Positions 29,370 through 39,333 of a stretch of DNA of 64,000 bases are shown here, piece by piece. How positions within the stretch are numbered: the stretch's first letter is position 1; each line of letters begins with the position of its first letter. The notes under the pieces are model-generated. The model was not told the origin of the DNA. It was given only the letters and a program-made list of their open reading frames with translations, and searched no databases. The position numbers were made by a program, and so were the translations under genes. Source of the DNA: a virus; the IMG/VR virus record IMGVR_UViG_3300029268_000006, positions 68,135 through 132,134 of that record. One strand, 5' to 3'.

Positions 29370-30506
29370 TTATTTGGAATATTTTTTCATAATTGATAAG
29401 GATTTTGAATCATTCAATAATCCCTGTAAACCAAAATGTTTAGGTTTTATATTCATCATTTCATCAAATGTTACCCATTTGGCATCTTCATTTTCCCAAT
29501 TTAAATTTGGTTCGAATTCATTTGGGACTAAACCTAAAAAATTATAATATTTGAATTTTTTGTCTTTAAAAATAAACAAGGGTATTAATTTTATATTGCC
29601 GTTATATTTTGTTTCTTCTTCTAATTCTCTAATACACACATCTTCTGGTGAAGAATCATCATCATCATTTTTACCACCAAATATTCCATAATAATTAACA
29701 CCATTACTATCCATCACTTCGGTACTTCTTAAAGAAATTAGAAATCTTTTTGTTTCAATACAAAAGGGTATAACACCACTAGCTTCGTCACCATAATAAT
29801 CTCTTTCTAATAAAAAATTATATGTTTCATAGATATTTATTTCTATTAAATGTTTTAAAAAATCATTAAAACCATTAAAACTTTTAGTTTCAGTATCATA
29901 ATATAAATTTTCGCAAAATTCAATTAATCTTTTACTTACATTGAACCTAAGATAATTTGGTATGATTTTAGTTCCCAATCTAATCAAATCTAATGCGTCA
30001 GCATCTCTTAAAATTGATACTGTGGTATAAAATTGATTGTTTTTTTCTATTTCATTTTTTTGTGAATGATTAATAACGGCTAATTTTATTGCATCAAAAT
30101 CACTTTCAATCATATTATTTTTTTTAAATAAATTTGTATATTTTTCAAAATTTTCAGCTACAGATTGTTCACCATGAATATGACATGCCCAATCGTGTCT
30201 CCTCGATAAATCATGAATAAAAGCTGCACAAAAAGATCTTTTAGTATCAATTATATTATTTAATTTAAATCCGATCATTAAACAATTATACATAACTCTA
30301 TAAGTGTGTTTTATACCGTGACAATTTGACGAATGAAAAAAATTTTTATCAGTTAAATTAAAATCATTGAAATTGATATTTAAATCATGTATAAATTTAA
30401 TGAATTTTTCATCATTATAATTATTTTGTGTTTTATAATCTTGATATTTATTCCAATAATTTCTTTGTTCTAAAAGAAAATTATTAAATTTTAAAATATG
30501 CATCAT
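29370..30506 (-). CDS. HD-domain phosphohydrolase fused to a Nudix hydrolase, with capsid-targeting-like leader
   Basis: HGIKHTYRV...IHDLSR...HG...H...DADALD (HD); GIFGGKNDD....EDVCIRELEEET (Nudix box); leader MMHILKFNNFLLE. Confidence 0.8.
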   Translation of the reverse strand: MMHILKFNNFLLEQRNYWNKYQDYKTQNNYNDEKFIKFIHDLNINFNDFNLTDKNFFHSSNCHGIKHTYRVMYNCLMIGFKLNNIIDTKRSFCAAFIHDLSRRHDWACHIHGEQSVAENFEKYTNLFKKNNMIESDFDAIKLAVINHSQKNEIEKNNQFYTTVSILRDADALDLIRLGTKIIPNYLRFNVSKRLIEFCENLYYDTETKSFNGFNDFLKHLIEINIYETYNFLLERDYYGDEASGVIPFCIETKRFLISLRSTEVMDSNGVNYYGIFGGKNDDDDSSPEDVCIRELEEETKYNGNIKLIPLFIFKDKKFKYYNFLGLVPNEFEPNLNWENEDAKWVTFDEMMNIKPKHFGLQGLLNDSKSLSIMKKYSK

Positions 30507-32017
30507 ACTATTTTACAAATAATTTTTTTATCCCATTTGTCATTTATATCATGTTCTATAATGATTTCTTTTTCTTTAACGTGTGGTGAAAAATTATACA
30601 TTAAAATAGAATTCGAAAATATTATTTTATTAATTGGAATTTCAGAAATTACACCAAAATTTGTAGAAGATTCTATTCCCATTTTTAAATTTCCTTTAAT
30701 ATTTTCTATATTATCATTATTTATTTCGGACCATTGTGAAAAATATCTATTTGAAATCGGATAATAAAAATTGTCGTTTTTATTTAATTCGTTTACTTTT
30801 TTTAAATTACCGTTTGTTAACATAATGTCCATATTTGATGATAAATCAAAAAATCGAATACATTTAACTTTTGATCCTAAATTTTTCATTTTCCATTTTT
30901 CAAAAATACTCCATTGTTCTGAATTGTTGTTTTTATATAAATCAAATTCCTTTTTTATTTCTGGAAAAGATCTTGAAGTATAATATCTACCAGAAATATT
31001 TCTGAATATTTTTACTAATCCGTTAATAAAAGATGATGTTAATTTTTTAGTTCCATATTCATTTTTAATAATTTTAAAATTTTTATTTTCTAAAAAGTTA
31101 TTAAATTTTAAAATAATATCATCATTATTAAAATCTGGTGAATATGATAATGATGAATAATTATCTTGTTTAGTATAACATAAAAATATAACTATCCAAT
31201 TGTAGTTTTCATATTCAATTTTAATAATTTCAGATCTTTTTATATCATATTTATCAAATTGATATTTATAATTATCAATTAAATTGGATAATTTGAATAC
31301 CATATTATCGGTTTCGACTAATTTATTATTATCAATTGTAAATATTTTTGGATTATCAATGTTTCTAATTATATAAATTTTTTTATATTCTAATAATTGT
31401 GATATACTAATCGAAATATCATTAATTTTATTAAAATTGATATATTCATTTAATTTCTGCAAATATTTCATATTCCTTTTTTTTAACAAATCGATAAATT
31501 CACTAACATCATTAGATCCAACTTCATATTCGATACTTGATGTTCCACTATCAAAAGTAAACACCATAATTTCTTTTTCTGGTGTAAAATTTGAACTTTT
31601 ACCAATAACGTCTGGAAAATCGGAAACTTTTGGATTTTCAATTTCTTTAGTTTCAGTTTTACCATCTTTTTTAAATTTATAAATTAATTTAGAACCTTGA
31701 AAGACATGATCTTTTGGTAAATTAAAATAATCACCAGCATTTCCAGAAAAACGATCACCATTTTCATCTATTAATACTGAACTGATTGCACCATTCCCCC
31801 ATTTTCCGGTGGAATATGTATCAGCCAACCATAATTTAATAGAATTGGCACCTTTTTTGATTACTAAATAAACACCTTGATATTTATCAAATTCTTTATA
31901 GTATGCATCATATCCTTCTGCTTTTAATAATTCTACAATTTTATCCATATTCACATCTGTAAAATCTGAATCAGATTCACCCGCTTCGAACAATTTAAAA
32001 TCTTTTATGTGTTTCAT
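30503..32017 (-). CDS. multi-module putative internal head protein; C-terminal module possibly an ADP-ribosyltransferase
   Basis: Leader MKHIKDFKLFE; internal MKYLQKLNE and ILKFNNFLE; R..SxWS..ExE pattern (CIRFF, SQWS, KEKEII). Confidence 0.5.
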   Translation of the reverse strand: MKHIKDFKLFEAGESDSDFTDVNMDKIVELLKAEGYDAYYKEFDKYQGVYLVIKKGANSIKLWLADTYSTGKWGNGAISSVLIDENGDRFSGNAGDYFNLPKDHVFQGSKLIYKFKKDGKTETKEIENPKVSDFPDVIGKSSNFTPEKEIMVFTFDSGTSSIEYEVGSNDVSEFIDLLKKRNMKYLQKLNEYINFNKINDISISISQLLEYKKIYIIRNIDNPKIFTIDNNKLVETDNMVFKLSNLIDNYKYQFDKYDIKRSEIIKIEYENYNWIVIFLCYTKQDNYSSLSYSPDFNNDDIILKFNNFLENKNFKIIKNEYGTKKLTSSFINGLVKIFRNISGRYYTSRSFPEIKKEFDLYKNNNSEQWSIFEKWKMKNLGSKVKCIRFFDLSSNMDIMLTNGNLKKVNELNKNDNFYYPISNRYFSQWSEINNDNIENIKGNLKMGIESSTNFGVISEIPINKIIFSNSILMYNFSPHVKEKEIIIEHDINDKWDKKIICKIV

Positions 32018-32032
32018 AATTTTTGTTTATTT

Positions 32033-32389
32033 TTATAATTTTCCAATTTCACTTTTATCATCTTCAATGTTTTTTAATTCGGCAATAAGATTTCTTAATT
32101 TGATTAATTGGGTTTTATCCATATCTTTAATTAAATCCACCATTTTCTTAACAGTTTCCGGAAATTTAGTAACACCATCATTATTATAATTTGATAAATC
32201 ACCTTGTTTTTGTTCTGTTTGTGCAGATTGATCCGGTTGTGCAGGTTGTTGTGCTTCCGTTTGCACTGGTTGTGCTTGTGTTGTTCCTGATGATTGTACT
32301 GGTGGTTGGGTGGTTGGTGGTTGTGCCGGTGCTGGTTGTACTGGGGGTAAATCCGCTTCATTTAAAAACTCCATATATGTTTTTATCAT
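32033..32389 (-). CDS. Pro/Gln-rich putative internal head protein
   Basis: Leader MIKTYMEFLNE, close to the T4 IP leader MKTYQEFIAE. Confidence 0.6.
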   Translation of the reverse strand: MIKTYMEFLNEADLPPVQPAPAQPPTTQPPVQSSGTTQAQPVQTEAQQPAQPDQSAQTEQKQGDLSNYNNDGVTKFPETVKKMVDLIKDMDKTQLIKLRNLIAELKNIEDDKSEIGKL

Positions 32390-32474
32390 AATTACTTATT
32401 ACTTTTTACTTTGTTATATATTATTTTTTTAAATCAAATAATAATCGTAATTTTGTAATTCCAAATTAATATAT

Positions 32475-33977
32475 ATGAAAAAAGATAATCCGAATATGAT
32501 AACAACATTTAAGGTTTTTGAAACCGTTGGAGATGGAATCAAACCATCATATTTGATGACTCTTTCGGAGTATCAAAAAAAAGTTTCACCAGTTTTAAAA
32601 TCATTTTATAAATTCATAAACAAAAACGAAGATTATCTTAGAAGGGGTTCTTTTTCCTATGGTGGTGTTCTTTATCTTGATTTTGACGAATATGTTGCTG
32701 AAGAAAAAGAAAGATGGAGTAAGAAAAGAAAAGAATCTTGGGAAAAAGAAAAGACTTGGGATGAATCTTTTGATAAAGAATATACAATTAAAAAATGGTT
32801 GAATCACCCCCCAATTCCTAAAGAAATTAAAAATATATATAAAGAATATAAAGATTTTTTTACCCTTGTTTTTGGTGAAAAAAATCTTGGTAAAATGGAA
32901 AGTGATGAAACAAAATCAAATAAAAGGTCACTCAGACGAGCGATTGAAGATGATACTTATCTCAATTTGCTGAAAAATAAAGAATTAACAGTTGAAAAAC
33001 TAACAGAAATTTTTGAATCTGTTGGTGTAAATATTCCTGTTGGTCTTTTGAAAAAGGTAAATATTAAACCTATTGTAAAAAAGATAGAAAAAACACCTGA
33101 AGAAATTACTAAATTTTTCAATTACACTAAAAGATCATTAACAGACTTTAAAAACAAAAAAATAAGTCCATATTTCTTGACTACAAGAATGACGAAAACA
33201 ACCGAAATTAGTTATGCTATGGTTTACTCTTTCAAAAGTATAGTTGATAATTGGAATTATTTTTCTAATGAACAAAAACAAGAAATTGAAAACGAATTTC
33301 CGAATTATGTTACACAAATTAAAAAATTTGTGGCAAAGGGTGATGCAAAAGGTGGAATTGTAGATATTGATTTGGATAAAGTATTTTGGCCGATAATTCA
33401 AAAATTCAAAGAAGGTATCCAACCTTTGATCGATGAATATAAAATAAAAATTTCGGAAAGAACACACGAAGTGTATTTATCTGTACATAATAATAGAAAA
33501 AAAATGACGAATGATGAATTTAAAAAATATTATGGTACACCAATTCGTAGTTCTGGATTTTTCAATGGAAAGTATGAAAATAAACTAACTGGTGAATATA
33601 GTATGACAAAATTTTGGGAATCGGAATTAGGTAAATTTCTTAGAATCCCACTCACCGATGAAACGAAATTGGAAGATATAATAAAAGAAAAACAAGAAAT
33701 TTATCAAAATTCCGAATACGAAAAAATCAATTCATTATTTTATCGTTTAAGGGTTAAATATCCAACTTTAATTGATTTTAAATTGGATGCTCCGGTAAGA
33801 GGAAGAAATGGTGTTGAATTTTACATGAAGGCTTGGGATTCAAAAGAAATAGAATATACAATTCTTACAGAAACGATTGTCGCTGGTGGTTATAATATTC
33901 AAAGATTACATTTCAGATGGTTGATGTCTGTTTATTGTGGAGAAGATAAAGTTGCCATATTTAATTCTGAAAAATAA
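32475..33977 (+). CDS. hypothetical phage protein; likely start MITTFKVFE (32496)
   Basis: C-terminal AGGYNIQRLHFR motif; late-promoter motif overlaps the first ATG. Confidence 0.6.
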   Translation: MKKDNPNMITTFKVFETVGDGIKPSYLMTLSEYQKKVSPVLKSFYKFINKNEDYLRRGSFSYGGVLYLDFDEYVAEEKERWSKKRKESWEKEKTWDESFDKEYTIKKWLNHPPIPKEIKNIYKEYKDFFTLVFGEKNLGKMESDETKSNKRSLRRAIEDDTYLNLLKNKELTVEKLTEIFESVGVNIPVGLLKKVNIKPIVKKIEKTPEEITKFFNYTKRSLTDFKNKKISPYFLTTRMTKTTEISYAMVYSFKSIVDNWNYFSNEQKQEIENEFPNYVTQIKKFVAKGDAKGGIVDIDLDKVFWPIIQKFKEGIQPLIDEYKIKISERTHEVYLSVHNNRKKMTNDEFKKYYGTPIRSSGFFNGKYENKLTGEYSMTKFWESELGKFLRIPLTDETKLEDIIKEKQEIYQNSEYEKINSLFYRLRVKYPTLIDFKLDAPVRGRNGVEFYMKAWDSKEIEYTILTETIVAGGYNIQRLHFRWLMSVYCGEDKVAIFNSEK

Positions 33978-34028
33978 ATTGATAAATAGTTAAATAGTTA
34001 AAAACTCCTGAGCACGAACAGTTGGGGA

Positions 34029-34784
34029 TTATGGTATAATACAAAATATAGGAAATCCTTGTTCATCATATTTAGGATGATATTCTTTTTGATATCCTTT
34101 TAAATTATAAGTTATTAATCTCCCATTCTTTTTTTCAACAAATAATATAGCTGGATGATATTGTTTTCCATCAAATTTTCCATATTCCAAATTTTCACCA
34201 TTTTTTAATTTCCAACATTCCATATCAAATGTTTTTTGTAATAATTCTTTATCAAATTCTTCTATTTGAAGTATAGTTTCAGCTGAAGCTCTTGATTCTA
34301 AACTTTCTTTTTCTATCCAATAAAATTTGTTAGTTTTATTTTCATTTATTTCTGTTGAATTTTCAGATTGCCATTTTTCATAGAAATCTCCCCAAGAAGT
34401 AATTAAAAATTTTTGTCTATCAGTATCGAAAACGAGTGTTGTATCATAAGTATCACCCATATTAACATATAAACCTATAATATCATAATAATATTTGTTT
34501 ATAAAAGCGTTTTCATCTGTAATTGGTTCTACACCAAAACCATGAAGTATTTTATTTGCTTTTTTAAGTATTTCGTCTATTTTTTCATATCTTTCTGTAT
34601 TAGATAATGATTTAATTTTTGTATTCCATTGTTTAATTTTTTTTTCGATAAAATATAATTTTTCAGTGAAATTTTCATTTACAAATTCATAATATTTTTT
34701 AATATTAGTTCTGATAGACATTAAATGTTGATCTTTTGATAAATCTAATTTTTTTGCGTTGTATTGTTCGTTTAATTGTTTCAT
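34029..34784 (-). CDS. hypothetical multi-module protein with xNE motifs
   Basis: MKQLNE, IKKYYEFVNE, TEINE; YVNMGDTYDTTL motif. Confidence 0.55.
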   Translation of the reverse strand: MKQLNEQYNAKKLDLSKDQHLMSIRTNIKKYYEFVNENFTEKLYFIEKKIKQWNTKIKSLSNTERYEKIDEILKKANKILHGFGVEPITDENAFINKYYYDIIGLYVNMGDTYDTTLVFDTDRQKFLITSWGDFYEKWQSENSTEINENKTNKFYWIEKESLESRASAETILQIEEFDKELLQKTFDMECWKLKNGENLEYGKFDGKQYHPAILFVEKKNGRLITYNLKGYQKEYHPKYDEQGFPIFCIIP

Positions 34785-34799
34785 ATGTAAATTTTATTT

Positions 34800-36368
34800 T
34801 TATATATTATTTTCAAAATTTTGAAATTTAGTAATGATCAATTCATTTGATTTGTGTTCATTTTTCCACAATTTATATAATTCTTTTTCATTTTTGGGTT
34901 GAATTTTTTTCCATTTTTTCCATAATTTTCTAGCATCATTTATTGATAATACATCAAGTGTAATCATTTTTTTTGCTTCGTTTGGATAAATATAAAGTTC
35001 GTGACCGAATCCTCTACCAAAACCAACATGATATTTAACATCACCCAAATCTATTAATACAACATAATCTCTCGTATTTTTTGTTCTTGGTTTATCATCT
35101 TCATCAAAATTATAATACCAATCCCAATTTTCTAAATCAGATGTTACCATTAAACTACCCTTTTCTGAATATCCATTAGCCATGCTACTCATATCTTTAC
35201 TACCAATTTCTGGGTTATAAAACCAATTTGGATCATGAGTTAAATGGAAATATAAACCATGATTACCATAAATTGAATATGATTTTGAAAAATCTTCAAA
35301 ATTTTCATACTTCAATGATTCTCTTTTTAATGGAAATAACATATCATTTTTAAATTTAAATTTAACATCTTCATATGATACTTTTTCTTGATAAATAGCT
35401 TGTTTATATGCCAACGGTTTTTCTTTTCCTAATGATTTATAATATTTCAATGGGTCTTTTCCAGCTTTTCTTAACATATCTTTTTCGGCAAAACTCATTA
35501 AATGTAATTTTCTTAATTCATCTGGTTGATTTTCACTTTTTAGATATTCTTCAACAGGTATAATTTTAATAATTTCATCAGCAAAATGAATATATTTACC
35601 GGTAAAAATTTTATCATCAATTAAAACAACTTCTATTTTCCAGTTGTTGTCCCAAATTTTTATTTTTAATTTTTTTTCTAATTGCGAAACAATTTTTTTA
35701 AAATCTTTTAAATTTGGATATTCCCAAAATGATATTATTTTTGACCGTAACCACAAACGTCCCCTGTAAGCGATTGTTTCTGTTTTTGATGTATGAAAAT
35801 CACCATGTATTTTTCCATTTTGACCAATATAAACTATTAATTCCGGGTTATCTAATTCAGTATAGGTATAATCTTTCCAAACTTTATAAGATGAAAATGG
35901 AATAGCTTGAATATCATTAAAACATAAATAAAATTTATCATATTTAATAATATCTGGTGATTCGTTTAAACTTTTTTCATCTGATTCAGAAATATGTTTA
36001 ATTTTCATATAATCAAATAAATATTCTTGATTTATAGGTATTTCTACAGCAACTTCTGGAATTCCAAGTTCTTCAGCAGCTAAAATACGATGTCTACCAT
36101 CACTAAAAGAAATCACACCATTATAAATTCCTATCACACTTGGTTCAAAAATTGGGTATCTTTGTAATTTCTTTGCTTCAGGATTATTCCAGTTTTTAAT
36201 AATATATTCTTTCGCTCTCTGAACCCTATTTCCAATTTGATTCTTACCACCTCTTATACTAAAATTTGGACTATCCTGTTCTAATCTATCTAATATTTTT
36301 GTTGGAGATACAAATATTATTTTATCCCCCTTATATCTAACTTTATATCTGATATTTCTTAAATTCAT
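34800..36368 (-). CDS. ParB/Srx-like N-terminal domain plus two further modules
   Basis: FSDGRHRILAAEELG; internal MKIKHISE..SLNE; GRLWL..KIISFWEYP. Confidence 0.6.
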   Translation of the reverse strand: MNLRNIRYKVRYKGDKIIFVSPTKILDRLEQDSPNFSIRGGKNQIGNRVQRAKEYIIKNWNNPEAKKLQRYPIFEPSVIGIYNGVISFSDGRHRILAAEELGIPEVAVEIPINQEYLFDYMKIKHISESDEKSLNESPDIIKYDKFYLCFNDIQAIPFSSYKVWKDYTYTELDNPELIVYIGQNGKIHGDFHTSKTETIAYRGRLWLRSKIISFWEYPNLKDFKKIVSQLEKKLKIKIWDNNWKIEVVLIDDKIFTGKYIHFADEIIKIIPVEEYLKSENQPDELRKLHLMSFAEKDMLRKAGKDPLKYYKSLGKEKPLAYKQAIYQEKVSYEDVKFKFKNDMLFPLKRESLKYENFEDFSKSYSIYGNHGLYFHLTHDPNWFYNPEIGSKDMSSMANGYSEKGSLMVTSDLENWDWYYNFDEDDKPRTKNTRDYVVLIDLGDVKYHVGFGRGFGHELYIYPNEAKKMITLDVLSINDARKLWKKWKKIQPKNEKELYKLWKNEHKSNELIITKFQNFENNI

Positions 36369-36424
36369 AAATTAAAAATTTTTTAATTTTTAATAATATA
36401 TATTAAATTGATAAATTGATAAAT

Positions 36425-36931
36425 GGTTGATTTTAAAAACTCCGAACAGCACAAATTGTACTCAGAAGAACTCCAAAGTTAGAAATAAAATTACCAATAC
36501 TATGTCATACTTCTTATAAAACTTAAACAAATTTGGTATGATATTCTCTGTTAAAATTAATCTCTGAACTGACTGAACAAAAGTACTTCAAATTGTTTAA
36601 TAAATTAAAATATTATTTCCGAGGAACTCCAATAGTTGTAGGCAACGAAACCACCAACACCCATTTTATGTAATAAATAAATTTGACTCAGTTCATCTTT
36701 GGTTGGTAATCTCCAGTCATCAAACCCACCACCTCTGTAATCAGAACATAATTTTTTAGCATCTTCCCAGTTGGTACGACCCAAATCAATTTCAGAAACG
36801 ATTAATTTTTGTTCCTTATTAACTAGTAAGCCACCGTGAATTTTCGATCCTATTTCTCCCGGTTTTGGTATAAAAATCTTTATTAGTAGGGATGAGTTTG
36901 CCCGAATTAACGCCTTTGGAGAGTAAGTCAA
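36425..36931 (-). pseudogene. truncated DUF1566 (Lcl / C-type lectin fold) gene with degenerate 3' fragments
   Basis: NWEDAKKLC...GGFDDWRLPTKDEL...GGF...YWSSSE then a premature stop; downstream fragment TGG AGT TCT TCT GAG TAC AAT...GCT GTT CGG AGT TTT TAA (WSSSEYN...AVRSF*). Confidence 0.7.
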
Positions 36932-37061
36932 TGGACCCTCGTAGAATTAGGAATCAAAAGGTAGAATCTGTTATTTTATAATATTTTTATGTAAAATATA
37001 TGATTTTATTTAACTATTACAGATATTAATGTAATTGAAAAAAATATTATTATTCCATACA

Positions 37062-38399
37062 TTAGTAAATTAAAATATTATTTCTATAACCAGAATTTGT
37101 ATTTAACCACCAATCTTGATATAAAGAACCACCAGATTCAGCCCATTCACCAAAATGTAAATATGCTCCTGATATATCAGATCTTTCTGATGGATAATCA
37201 AATTTTCCGTAGATATCAATAGCCCAAGATAAATTTGATTTTGATTTATAATATTTATTTATACCCGGATTAGTATCATCATCAAAAGTTCCAAATAAAG
37301 AAATATCAGCTAAATCTGTTGGTTTATAATTTGGTAAATGAATTTCTTGACCACGAACACTATTTTTAATCATAAATGGATTCCAACTCTGAATATTTAA
37401 ATCTTGCAAAGTCACAATATTATTAACAAATTTAATATGTATATTGAAAATTTTCCAAGGACATGGAGTTTCCCTTTTTATTGTATTCCAAGAACTCATA
37501 AATTTATGTGTATCATCAAATATAATGAATGTTGCTTTTGATTGACCAGATTCAGTTCCATTTGAATTAATTGAATATCCCGATTGATCACCAAAACCAG
37601 TCACACTTATAATTGACGATGGGTTAACATTTGGAAATTGAAAACCAAACCCATTTAATAAGCCAGCCCCTTGTGCCCTTACAATAAAAGTAACATAAAC
37701 ATCATATATTTTACTTTGTGAATTTGATAAAATTTTAAATTTGTATCCCATAACCAAATCGTTCATATCATAATCACCATAACTTGGCCAAAGATCTTCA
37801 AAAGCTAATGTTGAAGTGTCCGTTGCTGGATAATAATTAATTATCGTATCTAGTGGTGTTGGTGGAACATAAACATTACAATTATTTGATGGATCAGATA
37901 CATTAGTTCCGGAAATAACAATATTATCCAATTGTCCTCTTGAATTCCCACCATTTCCTGTCCATTGCCATCTAATTTTACGAATTCCTGTTTGAGTATT
38001 ATTAATTGTGGCGTGTTTACTTGAACCATTTGTATATGTAAATGACCAAACATCAGTTTTACTACCATCTTCTTTAACAATATAAACAGTTAGTTTTCTT
38101 GTTCCATCTTTTGATGGTACAGCATGGTCAAATTCTATATTACCAACACTTAAATTGATCCAAGGGCTTTCTAATCTACAAATATTAGTGTGACCAAGAT
38201 TATCAGTTTCACAAACATCTGTACCATTAAAACCATTACCTGTAACTTTAGTATTGAAATATGTACTATTAGGACCAATACCCCAACATAAATTGTAATA
38301 ATATAACCAGTTACCATCTTCAAAATTGTTATTTACTATTTGAGAATAACTAAATAAACCTATTAAACTTAATAAGGTTATTAATATTAATTTTTTCAT
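37062..38399 (-). CDS. secreted LruC-domain (DUF4842-like) protein
   Basis: Signal peptide; TLAFEDLWP..GDYDMNDLV; EIHLPNYKPT; YP.ER.DI..AY..F..WAESGG....DW. Confidence 0.8.
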   Translation of the reverse strand: MKKLILITLLSLIGLFSYSQIVNNNFEDGNWLYYYNLCWGIGPNSTYFNTKVTGNGFNGTDVCETDNLGHTNICRLESPWINLSVGNIEFDHAVPSKDGTRKLTVYIVKEDGSKTDVWSFTYTNGSSKHATINNTQTGIRKIRWQWTGNGGNSRGQLDNIVISGTNVSDPSNNCNVYVPPTPLDTIINYYPATDTSTLAFEDLWPSYGDYDMNDLVMGYKFKILSNSQSKIYDVYVTFIVRAQGAGLLNGFGFQFPNVNPSSIISVTGFGDQSGYSINSNGTESGQSKATFIIFDDTHKFMSSWNTIKRETPCPWKIFNIHIKFVNNIVTLQDLNIQSWNPFMIKNSVRGQEIHLPNYKPTDLADISLFGTFDDDTNPGINKYYKSKSNLSWAIDIYGKFDYPSERSDISGAYLHFGEWAESGGSLYQDWWLNTNSGYRNNILIY

Positions 38400-38429
38400 A
38401 TATCTAATTTTTATTTTTTTATTTTATTT

Positions 38430-38813
38430 TTATTCAATAATATAATCAAATGCTATTTCATTTGATAATAAATCTATTGTTTTTGTTTTACTACCATATA
38501 CCAAAACAATTTTTGTTTCAGTTGTTGGGACTGTAAATTTTATAATATAATCTGCATTCATAACTAAAATATCCATATAATAAGTAGTATCACCAATAGA
38601 TGATTTAACATATAAGATGTTTAGAATTTGAGAATTGACACTTTTCAATCCAATAATATTTAAAGTTATTTCTTTTGAAGTTTTCCAATCAAAATTGGAA
38701 TTGACAATTAATTCTTTGGTTGGTTTTGGTGTATCACTTGGATTAATATCCACCTTTTTACAAGATATTAAAGTGATAATCAATAATATAAATATAAATA
38801 CTAACTTTTTCAT
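38430..38813 (-). CDS. lipoprotein, probable partner of the LruC protein
   Basis: Lipobox LISC followed by KK; ELIVNSNFDWKTSKEITL. Confidence 0.7.
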   Translation of the reverse strand: MKKLVFIFILLIITLISCKKVDINPSDTPKPTKELIVNSNFDWKTSKEITLNIIGLKSVNSQILNILYVKSSIGDTTYYMDILVMNADYIIKFTVPTTETKIVLVYGSKTKTIDLLSNEIAFDYIIE

Positions 38814-39333
38814 TTTGTCTAAATTTGTTTCTATTATATATTAAATTCAGACTATATGAGTTTAGTATTTTTCTGAGTTAATACTAATTTTGATATTGAT
38901 AATCAGATAATTGATGTAATTTATGTAGTCACTTTTTTAGTAAGTGTGTTCATTTTTGTATGTTTTGTGTTTAAAAAAATTATATTTTTGATTCGAAATA
39001 TTTATTTGTTTCTGCCCCCCTTTCTTCCCAAGTTGTGTGATTTCCCATAAATTCATCATCAAATCCCATGAAATTTATAAAATTAAGGCAATCAATCAAT
39101 TACATTACCATAAACTTTTGTATTTGAATAAGAAATATCTTTTTCAATTATTTTTGAAAAATATGATATCCATAATCTTCGTGAACATTTATCCATTTAT
39201 GACCATCCTGATAGTCTAATGTTAATGTTACACCCAAATAAAAAAGACTTTGCTTATTTGGTTTATTTGGAACCAAATATCCAATGATAATTGCAAATAT
39301 GTGTTTTAATTTATTCGTTTCTTTTTAATTCTA

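Noticed and set aside
36605-36931. An active DGR in this window
   Set aside because: No reverse transcriptase, Avd or adenine-variant template repeat is present, and the target gene is truncated; reported only as a relic.
39000-39325. Coding gene left of the IS (39037-39219 ORF)
   Set aside because: The plus-strand ORF has no motif. The minus strand shows only stop-riddled fragments with a loose HExGH-like motif, too degraded to call.
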